This document shows, piece after piece, positions 40,885 through 49,858 of a stretch of DNA of 62,133 nt. This DNA is from a virus. The position numbers and the translations under genes are program-made. Position 1 is the first letter of the stretch. Every line of letters starts with the position of its first letter. Location of the stretch: the IMG/VR virus record IMGVR_UViG_3300046747_000361. One strand, 5' to 3'. The notes below the pieces were generated by a model. It was given only the letters and a program-made list of their open reading frames with translations, had not been told where the DNA came from and did not search any database.

Positions 40885-42896
40885 TGGCGCGTAACGATAC
40901 ATGGCTCAATCGCACTGCGACCATTGTCGACCCGTATCGACGTGCAGCGGTCCCTGATGACAACTTGCTACATACCGCGGATTTCGAAGGCGTAGACCCA
41001 TTGGGACGCGAGCCAAATCCTAACACGCAGTTGCCCACGGTCGGGCCTGAGCCTGATCTGTCTGCGCTCATTGCAGCCGACGAGAAGTTACCAACCCAAG
41101 CGCCAGCACCAGCTGTCGGACAGGGCACTGGTTCGTACGTCGAGGACGCCGCGAAGCCCGCGACACCCGCAGAGATACAAGAGATGTACGCGACCGGCTA
41201 TCCGATGAAGGACGTGCAGGCGCACATCAAGCGAAGCGGCGAGCTCAGTCAGAAGATCATCGACGACGGCGGGGGTATGACTCCTTCACGTCTCGTCTCT
41301 GCCGCGCCCGATTGGTACAAGCAGGGCAAACCGCCCACGAGTCACGGCGGATGGGCGGACGCAGCAAACATGCTCGGTGGAGTACTCGCGGCTGGCCCGA
41401 ACCAGGCGATGAAGGACCCGTTGCGTCCTATGGACTTGAAGGTACAAGACGCGAAAAAGGCTGCGATGGCTGGAGGCCTTAGCACCTTGTTGTCTAACCT
41501 CTTCACGCATGGCCAGACTGACTACAAGGCGAACCAGGAGGCGGCGCTAAAGGAAGCGCAGATGATGAAGACGCTTCCTGGTGCAAAGACGCGTGCACAG
41601 CTCGAGTACGAAGCAAACAGCAAGTACATCGACCAAGCGCAGCGCGCCAAGATGCAAGACAGCCTTGCTGGGCATCGCAACTTCCAAGAAGGCCAGGTCA
41701 CCGCCGAGCTCGACCCGAACGATCCACAAGCTATTGCTTGGCGAGCGTCGCTTGAAGCGGCGGGCATTCCACACGAAGAGGTCAAGGACCTCGGGCGCAA
41801 AGCACTGCAAGGAACAGCAGCAGCGCATAACATTACGTTGCAAGCGGGTCATACCGCTGGTCAGAAGGCGGCGGACGCTGCCAACACTGAGCGCGACATC
41901 ATCCTCAAAGCTGACACCGAGCGCAATCTGCACCTCGACGACGAACTTCGCAAAGAGCAACAGCGACGCGGCGAAAGCGCTGTGCCTGAAGTTGAGTGGA
42001 ACAATCAGACGCCACCCCCGCCGAAAGCTGTCGAAGAAACGCGCCAGCTCTACAAGGACAAGGCTGGTTTCACCGAGCGTATCGACCGCATGCGGAACAT
42101 CCAAGAGCGACTTGTGCAGGTCGCGCACAAGTACGCAACAGATCATAAACTGCCAGGTGGAGTCGAACAGGCACTAACAATGCTCGGCCCGCTCAATCAG
42201 TGGACCAAGATCATGCCTGAAGCACATGACCTTGTGAACGAAGCGGCTGTGTTGCAGACCTCGATTCAGAACTTCATTCGAAGTGACAGCTATAGCAACC
42301 TCGGTGTGATGCAGAAGTGGGAGGATTTGAAGACAAAGCTCATGATTCCCATGGCTGGTTCGCCCACTGCGTTCCTGCGAGGCGATGCAACTTGGCGCGC
42401 TCTGCGCAATGACGTGGACAAGATGTGGGTTGATGGTGTGCGATCTTATGGCGGCCATCTCGCAGGTCAACAGGACCCGGGAGCGGCACCTGGAGCGGCA
42501 ACGCCCGAACAACGCATGGCAGATCGACCGGCGCGCGCTCTACCTCCTCGAACGCAATACAATCCGCGTACGCGACAAGTTGAACCCGCGCCCGAAGCGC
42601 CGGTCGACCTGGCAGCGGGCGCACCACCCGCACCGATTCCCGGTGCAACGCCCCCCGGACCCGAAGACGCAGCGAAAATTGCAGGCGCGAAGGCACAGGC
42701 CGGTGCACCAGCACCAGCACCAGCACCAGCGACCATGCCCGCTGCTCAAGCTGCACCGCTCAAAGCGGGTCAGAAGATGTACAAGATCACGAAGAATGAC
42801 AAGGACAAGACGGTCGCGCAAAAAGCCATGACTCCCGAACAAGCGGCGATCTTGAAGTCGCATACTGATGTGATCGCAAGCGTCGAGGAGATGTAA
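40884..42896 (+). CDS. internal virion / ejection protein candidate
   Basis: 670 aa; Ala/Pro-rich C-terminal third. Confidence 0.45.
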   Translation: MARNDTWLNRTATIVDPYRRAAVPDDNLLHTADFEGVDPLGREPNPNTQLPTVGPEPDLSALIAADEKLPTQAPAPAVGQGTGSYVEDAAKPATPAEIQEMYATGYPMKDVQAHIKRSGELSQKIIDDGGGMTPSRLVSAAPDWYKQGKPPTSHGGWADAANMLGGVLAAGPNQAMKDPLRPMDLKVQDAKKAAMAGGLSTLLSNLFTHGQTDYKANQEAALKEAQMMKTLPGAKTRAQLEYEANSKYIDQAQRAKMQDSLAGHRNFQEGQVTAELDPNDPQAIAWRASLEAAGIPHEEVKDLGRKALQGTAAAHNITLQAGHTAGQKAADAANTERDIILKADTERNLHLDDELRKEQQRRGESAVPEVEWNNQTPPPPKAVEETRQLYKDKAGFTERIDRMRNIQERLVQVAHKYATDHKLPGGVEQALTMLGPLNQWTKIMPEAHDLVNEAAVLQTSIQNFIRSDSYSNLGVMQKWEDLKTKLMIPMAGSPTAFLRGDATWRALRNDVDKMWVDGVRSYGGHLAGQQDPGAAPGAATPEQRMADRPARALPPRTQYNPRTRQVEPAPEAPVDLAAGAPPAPIPGATPPGPEDAAKIAGAKAQAGAPAPAPAPATMPAAQAAPLKAGQKMYKITKNDKDKTVAQKAMTPEQAAILKSHTDVIASVEEM

Positions 42897-42897
42897 T

Positions 42898-45702
42898 ATG
42901 GATGAGTTCGACGAGCTCATCGCAAAAGGCAGCCAAGCAGCAGGCGATGAGTTCGATGATCTGATCGCTAAGGGCGCGTCGGCTGTGCCCAACGTCCAAG
43001 AACCGTCTTGGTACGAAGCGCTTGCACATCCAATCGACACGATTAAGCACGCGTTCACGCCGCTTAGCGATGAAGAGTGGAAGGCGAAGGTCGAGGCGAC
43101 AAAGCAACCAGGCGCGGATATGCGCGCAGAAGTTGAGCGCATCCAAAGCTCGCCGTGGGAACTCGCAAAGTTTGCTGGCCGCAGTGCACTTGGACTTGGC
43201 GGCCAGTACGCAGCCGGTGCACTCGGATTTTCGCCAGCAGCAGCAACGGCCTCACCGCTCGCGCGCACTGGTATCGGTGCTGCGGCTGGCGGTATTCAGG
43301 GCGGCACAGACGCGCTAGCACACGGAGCTAGCATCCCGGAAGCAGCAGGTGATGCAGTAGGCGGTGCACTCTTTGGCGGCGGACTAGACGCAGCACATGC
43401 TGTTGCTAGTGGCCTCGGCGGTGCCGCAAAAGGCTCAGCCAACCGCAAGCTCGCCGAACGCGCACTGTCCCCCGCCGAGCTTACAGATGTACGCGCCGAA
43501 GGCGGCAGTGCTGGTGTACAGCAAGCCGGGCAAGAGATACGCGACTTGGGTGTGACGAAACCCCGCGGCATTCTCGACTTTTTCCGCGGTAATACTCCCG
43601 AGCGCATGAGCGAAAATTCGCTCGGCATTCTCAACAACGCGCGCACAGAACTCGATCGCTCGACAAAGGCGATCACGGGCGCACCAGCACGTGATGTTGC
43701 TCAGTACACGTCCGAGTACGCGCCTGACGCAGTGACTGTTGGACAAGCACCCGTTGACGTAAGTCCGATCAACGCGAAGCTTCACGGTCAGGCCAACGCG
43801 CTTGAATACGCGAAGAACCTCGACAAAGCGAAAGTTTACAGAGACCTCGCATCAGAGCTGACGACGCCTGCACCAGTACGAGAGCCCGCGCCCATCACGT
43901 CGGAAGTACCGACTGCTAACGAGTCGGGGCGAGCTGAGCCGTTCTCACTCGCGCAAGAGCCACAACAAATCCCACGCGAGCCTGGCTTGCCTGAGACGCC
44001 CGACCCGGCTGTGTTGTCGAGCGAGCCTACCGGTCCGATCGAGCCCAACGCACCACCGATGAGCTCACAGCTTCTCGACGATGGCAATCTACTCGATGTT
44101 CCGCCGCCGACTGGTCCGGGTGAGATCGACACTACCTCACATCTCGCGAAGCCCTACCAAGCAAGCACGCCTGAAGTAAGCAGCCAGCCGATTCTCGATC
44201 TCGAGCCCGGTGGCCGGCTCCGCAATCCAGCGATGGAAGCTGGCGCGGGTGACGCGAACATGTCGCCGAGCCCGTACGAAGATTTGATGTCTGGCATGCC
44301 TGAGCCGCAAATGCGTAGGCCCGAAGCACTGCCTGTGCCCGCGAACGAAGATCTGCTCAACCAGGTTGGCAGTCAGCTTCGCGACGTGCCTGTGACGCCT
44401 GGCGGTGAAACTGTGCCGTTGGGTGGCCATCACCAGCGACGAATGGATCGGCTTCAGTCCGGTGTGCCGGACATGAGCGCCAATGCGCCCGGTGTGTCAA
44501 CCGACTTGAACTTGCTCAGTGGGCTGGGCGAGCAAATGGATATGCTCCCGTCGCAGAAGTGGGGAGCGGGCAAGCCTGTCTCTATCCATGACGCGCCCGA
44601 GACGTTCCCACAGGGGCAAGCACCAGTAGACACAAGCTATTGGCCCGCGCCTTACGAGATGTCGCGCAATGAGCCTGTCTTGCCGCCGCAAGAGCCTGGG
44701 CTGGCACCTGCGAAACAAACCGTGCTGGAGCCTACGCCGCGGTTCAAGGGCGACTCGGCGGCACCTGGACTCGAGCTCGACCAGCCCCGACAGGACCTCG
44801 AGCCTGACAACTTGCTCGCGCCCACTGCGCTGTACCCGGACAACCCGCCCCTCCCGCAAGGTGAGATGGCGCCTCTGGGCATGTCTCGGCGCGCGCCAAT
44901 CGTCGGGCCGATTGTGCACGGCGGAACAGAGAGGGGCTCACGACCGATGAGTAGCAGCCTCGCTCCTGGCGCCGCAGACCCTCTCGACGTCTCAGGCATC
45001 TCGCCCACGAGCGCGCCCATGGATAGCGGGTTCTTCCCGCAGACGCCCCGTCCGATGACCCCCGCTGATCCCAGCACTGGTTTCACGATGGAACAGCTCA
45101 TGGCAATGCGCCGTGAGCTCGGTAATCAGACGCGCAACTTCACTGGGCGCCCACTCAACAAGGTCGAGGGCGACATGAGCGCTGCGACCCGTGACGCCTG
45201 GAAGGGCACTGGTGACGCGCTCACTGGCGCGCTCAATCAACATGTCGAAGCGGGGAACCTCACACCCGATCTCGTCGACGATTACCGCGGCGCGAACAAG
45301 ACATTCAGCACGATCGCAGACGTAAACAAAAATCTCGCTGCTGGTACCAATCGCGACTTCAAGACGCCGAGCTCGATCCAGGGCAATGAATCTCTCATCG
45401 GCGGGGGCATGAAGGCGACGGCAGCTGCCGCACAGAAGATGACGGGGCTCAATGCGCAATATGGAATCGGACAAGGACTTGAAGGCATCGGAACTGCTGC
45501 TAAGGCTGGCAGTGATCTTGCTCGAATGGGCGCTGGATTGGGTTGGAACAAAGGTCGAGAAGAACATCCCGAAATAGCCAAGGCTCAAGCAGAGAATCCC
45601 GGTGCACCCAAAGCTGAGGTCGAGCAGAAGGCAAATGACAGCATGAAAACGACCTTACAGAAGGCATGGTATAATGTGACTAGTTGGATGCACCATGATT
45701 GA
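42898..45702 (+). CDS. large internal virion / ejection protein candidate
   Basis: 934 aa, Gly/Ala N-terminus, long Pro-rich middle region. Confidence 0.45.
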   Translation: MDEFDELIAKGSQAAGDEFDDLIAKGASAVPNVQEPSWYEALAHPIDTIKHAFTPLSDEEWKAKVEATKQPGADMRAEVERIQSSPWELAKFAGRSALGLGGQYAAGALGFSPAAATASPLARTGIGAAAGGIQGGTDALAHGASIPEAAGDAVGGALFGGGLDAAHAVASGLGGAAKGSANRKLAERALSPAELTDVRAEGGSAGVQQAGQEIRDLGVTKPRGILDFFRGNTPERMSENSLGILNNARTELDRSTKAITGAPARDVAQYTSEYAPDAVTVGQAPVDVSPINAKLHGQANALEYAKNLDKAKVYRDLASELTTPAPVREPAPITSEVPTANESGRAEPFSLAQEPQQIPREPGLPETPDPAVLSSEPTGPIEPNAPPMSSQLLDDGNLLDVPPPTGPGEIDTTSHLAKPYQASTPEVSSQPILDLEPGGRLRNPAMEAGAGDANMSPSPYEDLMSGMPEPQMRRPEALPVPANEDLLNQVGSQLRDVPVTPGGETVPLGGHHQRRMDRLQSGVPDMSANAPGVSTDLNLLSGLGEQMDMLPSQKWGAGKPVSIHDAPETFPQGQAPVDTSYWPAPYEMSRNEPVLPPQEPGLAPAKQTVLEPTPRFKGDSAAPGLELDQPRQDLEPDNLLAPTALYPDNPPLPQGEMAPLGMSRRAPIVGPIVHGGTERGSRPMSSSLAPGAADPLDVSGISPTSAPMDSGFFPQTPRPMTPADPSTGFTMEQLMAMRRELGNQTRNFTGRPLNKVEGDMSAATRDAWKGTGDALTGALNQHVEAGNLTPDLVDDYRGANKTFSTIADVNKNLAAGTNRDFKTPSSIQGNESLIGGGMKATAAAAQKMTGLNAQYGIGQGLEGIGTAAKAGSDLARMGAGLGWNKGREEHPEIAKAQAENPGAPKAEVEQKANDSMKTTLQKAWYNVTSWMHHD

Positions 45703-45982
45703 GTTACCCCACGCGCCCACTGACGTGACACGCGAAAGTCTAACGTTCACGAACTCGAGCCCCATCGATGTGTTCGAAAATCGAAGTGGTGTTGCGACCC
45801 TCGTGATCGGTCATCCGACCGGCGCAGCCGTATTTGCGGAATTTAGTGACTCTAGCGACCCCATCGATGCGTCGAATTCAATACCAATCGAGCCTTACAC
45901 CATTTTAGAGATCTCGAAAGCGACGCGGTATATGACACTTTTCGGAAACGGCACAACGACCGTTTGGTGGTATGTGACATGA
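45695..45982 (+). CDS. hypothetical protein, tandem paralogue 1
   Basis: ISKATRYMTLFGNGTTTVWWYV matches ISRATRFISVVALTGTTGTLYYYF in the next gene. Confidence 0.55.
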   Translation: MIELPHAPTDVTRESLTFTNSSPIDVFENRSGVATLVIGHPTGAAVFAEFSDSSDPIDASNSIPIEPYTILEISKATRYMTLFGNGTTTVWWYVT

Positions 45983-46296
45983 GAGATAGACCGCCGCAAG
46001 CACCAGTCATTCCGTACTCGATTGCTTTCACGACAACAGGCTCTGCACCTGTCGCTGTGTTCAATGGCTCGGGGTCGACTACTATCGTGATGGCGACACT
46101 TGGCGCGACTGCAGGAGTGCTTTTTGGCGATTCGTCAAGCATGAGTGTGGCCGCTGCTAACGACGCATTCCCCATCACCACTAACGTATGGGTGCGCGTG
46201 CCGATCAGTCGCGCGACTCGCTTTATCAGCGTTGTTGCACTCACAGGGACGACTGGCACGCTCTATTATTATTTTCCGGGTCAGACAGACGCCTAA
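45979..46296 (+). CDS. hypothetical protein, tandem paralogue 2
   Basis: Start reassigned to ATG 45979 (ATGA overlap). Confidence 0.55.
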   Translation: MRDRPPQAPVIPYSIAFTTTGSAPVAVFNGSGSTTIVMATLGATAGVLFGDSSSMSVAAANDAFPITTNVWVRVPISRATRFISVVALTGTTGTLYYYFPGQTDA

Positions 46297-46360
46297 AAGA
46301 GTTCGAAGCCGAGACCACTAAGGGTACGAAAGCTTCCTTACAGAAGAAGAATAAGTAGAC

Positions 46361-47008
46361 ATGGGAAAATTGAGTTCCCGCGACCGCAAGCTTGCGCACA
46401 TCGCGGGTGAAAACGTAAGTAATATTGAGAACGGCCAGTTCGCTACGTTTGCCGCGTCCGCGTCGCAAACGTTCGTGCAGGGACCGCTCCAGGTCGTGCC
46501 GACGACCGGCTTCCAGACGATCACGCAGACTGTGTACTGGAGCTACATCGGCTATACACAGAAGTCACTCGTAGTCGACTACATCAGGTTTATTCAGACC
46601 GCAGCGGCTGTTGGTACGCAGGCTGCTGAGGTCTATCTCGCCACGACCACGGACGCGCCTGACAACACGGCGAAGACGCTCACCGTCCAGTACGTAAACG
46701 CGACGCTCGACACGCTCGTCACGGGCACGTATACGAACGGGCTTGTGAAGGGCAACGCGACCGCAGCGGCGTTCGGGGTTTCCCCTGCAACGCATCTGTG
46801 GGCCGCTGCACGGTTTGCTTTTACGAGCACCCCGACTCAGCCAGTCATCTTGGGCGTTGGGCTCGACCTGTCCACCGGTAGCATTCTCACGACTGCGTCC
46901 CAGACGACTGCGATGGCCGTGGGCGATACCAAGACGGGCGCACTGCTCACTCAGGGAATCGCGGCGACGGCGATCCATCCGTTCTTCCGTTTGCAGGTCA
47001 AAGCGTAG
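46361..47008 (+). CDS. hypothetical structural protein (Thr/Ala-rich beta-type)
   Basis: ORF track. Confidence 0.5.
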   Translation: MGKLSSRDRKLAHIAGENVSNIENGQFATFAASASQTFVQGPLQVVPTTGFQTITQTVYWSYIGYTQKSLVVDYIRFIQTAAAVGTQAAEVYLATTTDAPDNTAKTLTVQYVNATLDTLVTGTYTNGLVKGNATAAAFGVSPATHLWAAARFAFTSTPTQPVILGVGLDLSTGSILTTASQTTAMAVGDTKTGALLTQGIAATAIHPFFRLQVKA

Positions 47009-47043
47009 TTGTAACGTCCCAGAACCGGGACTATAGTGCTCGC

Positions 47044-47373
47044 GTGAGCACAAAACGTAAGCCTCGCTTTACCATTGCGACGATGCGAGGCGTGGTCGAA
47101 CACTACCGCGCCTATCGCCTCCAGCCTCTAGAGTGCACTGAGTGTCAGTATCTTGCGATCGGTACTGACGAGTGCCCACCGGGCTTCGAAGAGATGCGAG
47201 AGGAGCACATGTTCATCTCGCAGTGTCCCGAACATAACCGACCACTCTACCAGTGGTTGCACAAAGTAGACACAGATAAGGCGGCACGTTGGCTCGTAAA
47301 AAAGGCTAACGCGTCGCCTCATCTTTTGCAGTTCCCTGTGATCGCGGAGGAGATGAGACGTGCGATTACGTGA
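47044..47373 (+). CDS. hypothetical protein
   Basis: ORF track (GTG start). Confidence 0.45.
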   Translation: MSTKRKPRFTIATMRGVVEHYRAYRLQPLECTECQYLAIGTDECPPGFEEMREEHMFISQCPEHNRPLYQWLHKVDTDKAARWLVKKANASPHLLQFPVIAEEMRRAIT

Positions 47374-47578
47374 GCCGTTCGTGCGCAAGCACGTGTGCAT
47401 GTTCAAGGTGAAGCGCATCGACTGGATAACAGGCAACGAGATCGCCGTCGAGCGCGTGTGTGACGGCTGTGAGAAGACACAGAGCGCGTACGTGAACCGA
47501 CAAGACTGGCCCGAACCGCTCTGGGCGCTCGCTGACGTCGAGTGGGTTGATAAGACGCTCTATGACTTTCTCTCCTAA
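47360..47578 (+). CDS. hypothetical protein
   Basis: ORF track. Confidence 0.45.
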   Translation: MRLREPFVRKHVCMFKVKRIDWITGNEIAVERVCDGCEKTQSAYVNRQDWPEPLWALADVEWVDKTLYDFLS

Positions 47579-48095
47579 CTGTTCTGGCATTCTCAAAGAC
47601 CCGAAGTTCATCGTCGTTCACTACACAGCGAGCGGGAACTTCGCGACGACGCGCGACAGGCTACTCAACAAAGAGAGCAAAGTCAGCGCGCACTATCTCA
47701 TCGGGCGGGCTGGTGAGATCGTCCAGCTCGTGCCCCTCAACAAGTGCGCGTGGCACGCGGGCGAGAGCGAGTGGAAGGGCTACAAGGGCCTGAACAAGTA
47801 CAGCATCGGCATCGAGCTCGTATCGTTCGGGCCGCTCGTGCTCAAGGACGGCAAGTTCTACAGCGCGGAGTACGGGACCGAGGTACCAGCCAACGAAGTC
47901 CACGACGGGGCGCCATCGACGAGCACGTACCGGTACTGGCAGACGTTCACGGAACCACAGCTAGCCCAGCTACGCGCTACGATCAGCGAGCTCAAGCGTC
48001 TCTACCCGAGCATCACCGAGGTCATCGGTCACCGTGATTGCGCACCGAAGCGTAAACAAGACCCTTGGCCTCTTGATCTTTCAGCCTTTCAATGA
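47547..48095 (+). CDS. endolysin, N-acetylmuramoyl-L-alanine amidase (Amidase_2/PGRP type)
   Basis: FIVVHYTAS, AHYLIGRAGEIVQLVP, AWHAGES, YSIGIELV, GHRDCAPKRKQDP. Alternative start 47562. Confidence 0.85.
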   Translation: MIRRSMTFSPNCSGILKDPKFIVVHYTASGNFATTRDRLLNKESKVSAHYLIGRAGEIVQLVPLNKCAWHAGESEWKGYKGLNKYSIGIELVSFGPLVLKDGKFYSAEYGTEVPANEVHDGAPSTSTYRYWQTFTEPQLAQLRATISELKRLYPSITEVIGHRDCAPKRKQDPWPLDLSAFQ

Positions 48096-48210
48096 TGTCT
48101 TTGCGTGCCTTACGTCGTCGTAAGCGCCGCGAGACAGCCTTGGCTGCGACTCGCAGACCCCAATAACCGCCGCCATTTTTGGCGCCGTTGTGTTCGGTTT
48201 TAATAGCCAT
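48022..48210 (-). CDS. small basic protein (HNGAKNGGGYWG ... RRLRRRKARK)
   Basis: Track ORF trimmed to ATG 48210. Its 3' end overlaps the endolysin 3' end by 74 nt, which lowers confidence. Confidence 0.3.
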   Translation of the reverse strand: MAIKTEHNGAKNGGGYWGLRVAAKAVSRRLRRRKARKDIIERLKDQEAKGLVYASVRNHGDR

Positions 48211-48448
48211 GGTCAAGATCAATGACGTGATTCAACTCGACCCAGCACAGTCACCGTGGGGGGCGCTTCTGTGCATTGTCAGCGAGGTCAAAGCGTGGGG
48301 CGTGCAGTGTTACGCGCTCGTGCCCAGACAGCGCGACGAGCCACCAGGGTCTATGTACTTGCGGGTTGAAACCGGCAAGTTTCAGGTGATCGGCATGGCT
48401 GAGTGGATCGTAGGGTCTGCAAGTACTGAAGACCCCGAATCTGCTTGA
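48209..48448 (+). CDS. hypothetical protein
   Basis: Start reassigned to ATG 48209. Confidence 0.45.
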   Translation: MVKINDVIQLDPAQSPWGALLCIVSEVKAWGVQCYALVPRQRDEPPGSMYLRVETGKFQVIGMAEWIVGSASTEDPESA

Positions 48449-48728
48449 TGATGTTGCAATTTGCACAGGCAACGTCGAAACGCCCTTGCGGGTATCCCTG
48501 AGCCTTTAGATAGCGGTAGAGCTTCTGGCCAGAGAGTCCGCGGCGCTTGTCGATGTTCCCGTCGTTGTGTCGGTGCTCGAGGTTCAACGCGTCGAGGTCT
48601 TCACAGCCGCAGTAGATGCAGCGTGGTCCGCCGTACGCGTTGAACACGTCTCGCTTGGGGCGCTCACGACACTCGGCACATCTGACTCTATCTTGTCGGT
48701 CGCGTATTCGACCGCACCTGCACTGCAC
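48351..48728 (-). CDS. HNH endonuclease
   Basis: CIYCGCEDLDALNLEHRHNDGN ... CANCNIIK. Confidence 0.75.
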   Translation of the reverse strand: MQCRCGRIRDRQDRVRCAECRERPKRDVFNAYGGPRCIYCGCEDLDALNLEHRHNDGNIDKRRGLSGQKLYRYLKAQGYPQGRFDVACANCNIIKQIRGLQYLQTLRSTQPCRSPETCRFQPAST

Positions 48729-48801
48729 GCACTAGTATAGCAGTTAGTCATAGTCCCAAATATCCCAGCGCTCACACGGACGCTCACGCTTGCTCGCGTC
48801 T

Positions 48802-49152
48802 TCAGGTTTCTTGAGTAGTGCCTGCTTCAACGCCGCTCGTCTCACCCGAGTCAGCACTTTCCGCTCGGTCTTCTTCAGGTACTTGCGTGGACGTCGTCTG
48901 GGCATACAGTGATTCTAGCAGCTGGTTCTCATGCTCTTGAATGGCGAGCTGCGCGAGCAAGCACTTGCGCTCCTGGCGTAGTACATAGGTCTCGTAATCC
49001 GCGCGAGTCTCGGCCGATCGTACTTGCGCTACAAGCTGCTTGTTCATGGCGCGCCCCCAGGCCCCAACGTTATACAGCCAGCGGGCAACTCGATAGTCGA
49101 GGGCATCATCCGCTTGAGTTCTTGCGATTTGTGCGGGTAGAGCGAAGTACAT
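48802..49152 (-). CDS. hypothetical protein
   Basis: ORF track. Confidence 0.5.
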   Translation of the reverse strand: MYFALPAQIARTQADDALDYRVARWLYNVGAWGRAMNKQLVAQVRSAETRADYETYVLRQERKCLLAQLAIQEHENQLLESLYAQTTSTQVPEEDRAESADSGETSGVEAGTTQET

Positions 49153-49155
49153 AAA

Positions 49156-49189
49156 GAAAAAGCCCGCGCAGTTATTAGCTACACGGGCT
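49156..49189 (-). terminator. intrinsic terminator closing the Ro / tRNA-like transcription unit
   Basis: Minus strand AGCCCG-17 nt-CGGGCU followed by UUUUU. Confidence 0.5.
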
Positions 49190-49240
49190 GACGTAACATG
49201 GTCGGCGTCACTGACGAGGAAACTGCAGACACTTGGTTTT

Positions 49241-49284
49241 TACTGTTGGCTAGCCGCTCGCCTACAAGCCGGATTCGAACCGGG
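49241..49284 (-). ncRNA. third, degenerate permuted tRNA-like module
   Basis: T arm CCCGG-UUCGAAU-CCGGC, then UUGUAGG - 11-nt loop - CCAACAG (5 WC + 1 GU) and UA. No convincing D arm. Confidence 0.3.
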
Positions 49285-49337
49285 TACACAGTTTGGATTT
49301 ATGTAGTGCCTAATGCAAAATTCAGTGGTGGTGCCGG

Positions 49338-49409
49338 TAGCGGGTGTTGGATTCGAACCAACGGCCTCTTGGTTATGAGCCAAGCGAGATGCCACTTCTC
49401 CAACCCGCA
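49338..49409 (-). tRNA. tRNA-Met/Ile2-type (anticodon CAT) with U1-U72 mismatch
   Basis: Hand fold: UGCGGGU-UG-GAGA-AGUGGCA-UCUC-G-CUUGG-CUCAUAA-CCAAG-AGGCC-GUUGG-UUCGAAU-CCAAC-ACCCGCU-A. No encoded CCA. Confidence 0.8.
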
Positions 49410-49421
49410 ATAGTGAGAGTG

Positions 49422-49487
49422 TTACCAGCGAGTAGTCGCTCGAGACTTGTTCATGTAAAAAATGTAGTCCCGAACTGGATCTGGTAA
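49422..49487 (-). ncRNA. short stem-enclosed RNA (possible YrlB-like short Y RNA)
   Basis: Helix UUACCAG (49487..49481) / CUGGUAA (49428..49422) resembles the GUUGAC/GUCAAC helix of the two larger modules. It is followed by the same ...CUCUCACU motif. Confidence 0.25.
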
Positions 49488-49489
49488 CC

Positions 49490-49637
49490 GTGAGAGTGAG
49501 CTGTTGACGAGTAATCGCTGATACAACTACGGCGTTCTACCACTGAACTATACCCCAAAACATCGAGGTAGTTGGATTCGAACCAACGACTTCCGGCTCC
49601 AAATGCGATGTAGTACCAACTGAAATTCAACAGCGAA
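49490..49637 (-). ncRNA. Y RNA-like RNA 2 with circularly permuted tRNA-like core (49534..49587)
   Basis: Order: T arm (GUUGG-UUCGAAU-CCAAC), closed acceptor (UACCUCG-AUGUUU-UGGGGUA, 5 WC + 2 GU), U8A9, D arm (GUUC-AGUGGUA-GAAC). Enclosed by the 8-bp helix GCUGUUGA/UCAACAGC. Confidence 0.45.
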
Positions 49638-49644
49638 AAGGGTG

Positions 49645-49851
49645 CCACCGACGAGTGAGCGTTGACAGTATTTTTTGGAGCTCTACCAACTGAGCTACGT
49701 CGCAACTTGCGAAACAACGGCTGGGCTCGAACCAGCGACCGCCCCATTAGCAGTGGATGTAATGCCAACTAGAAATTCGGTAGCGTAAAGACTGTGACTG
49801 ACTGCTATGCCTGACAGAAAACGGGGGTGTTTGTTGTCAACAGCCAGTCAC
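49645..49851 (-). ncRNA. Y RNA-like RNA 1 with circularly permuted tRNA-like core (49680..49736)
   Basis: Order: T arm (GCUGG-UUCGAGC-CCAGC), closed acceptor (CGUUGUU-UCGCAAGU-UGCGACG), U8A9, D arm (GCUC-AGUUGGUA-GAGC). Enclosed by the helix GGCUGUUGACA/UGUCAACGCUC with a C-C mismatch. Confidence 0.45.
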
Positions 49852-49858
49852 CCGATAC

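Noticed and set aside
49534-49736. Reading the tRNA-like units as ordinary tRNAs (5' half of unit 1 plus 3' half of unit 2, with a ~70-nt intron)
   Set aside because: The anticodon-stem strands CUCCAAA/UUUGGAG would pair. However the acceptor strands UGCGACG and UACCUCG do not, whereas each pairs well with the strand immediately adjacent in the permuted arrangement.
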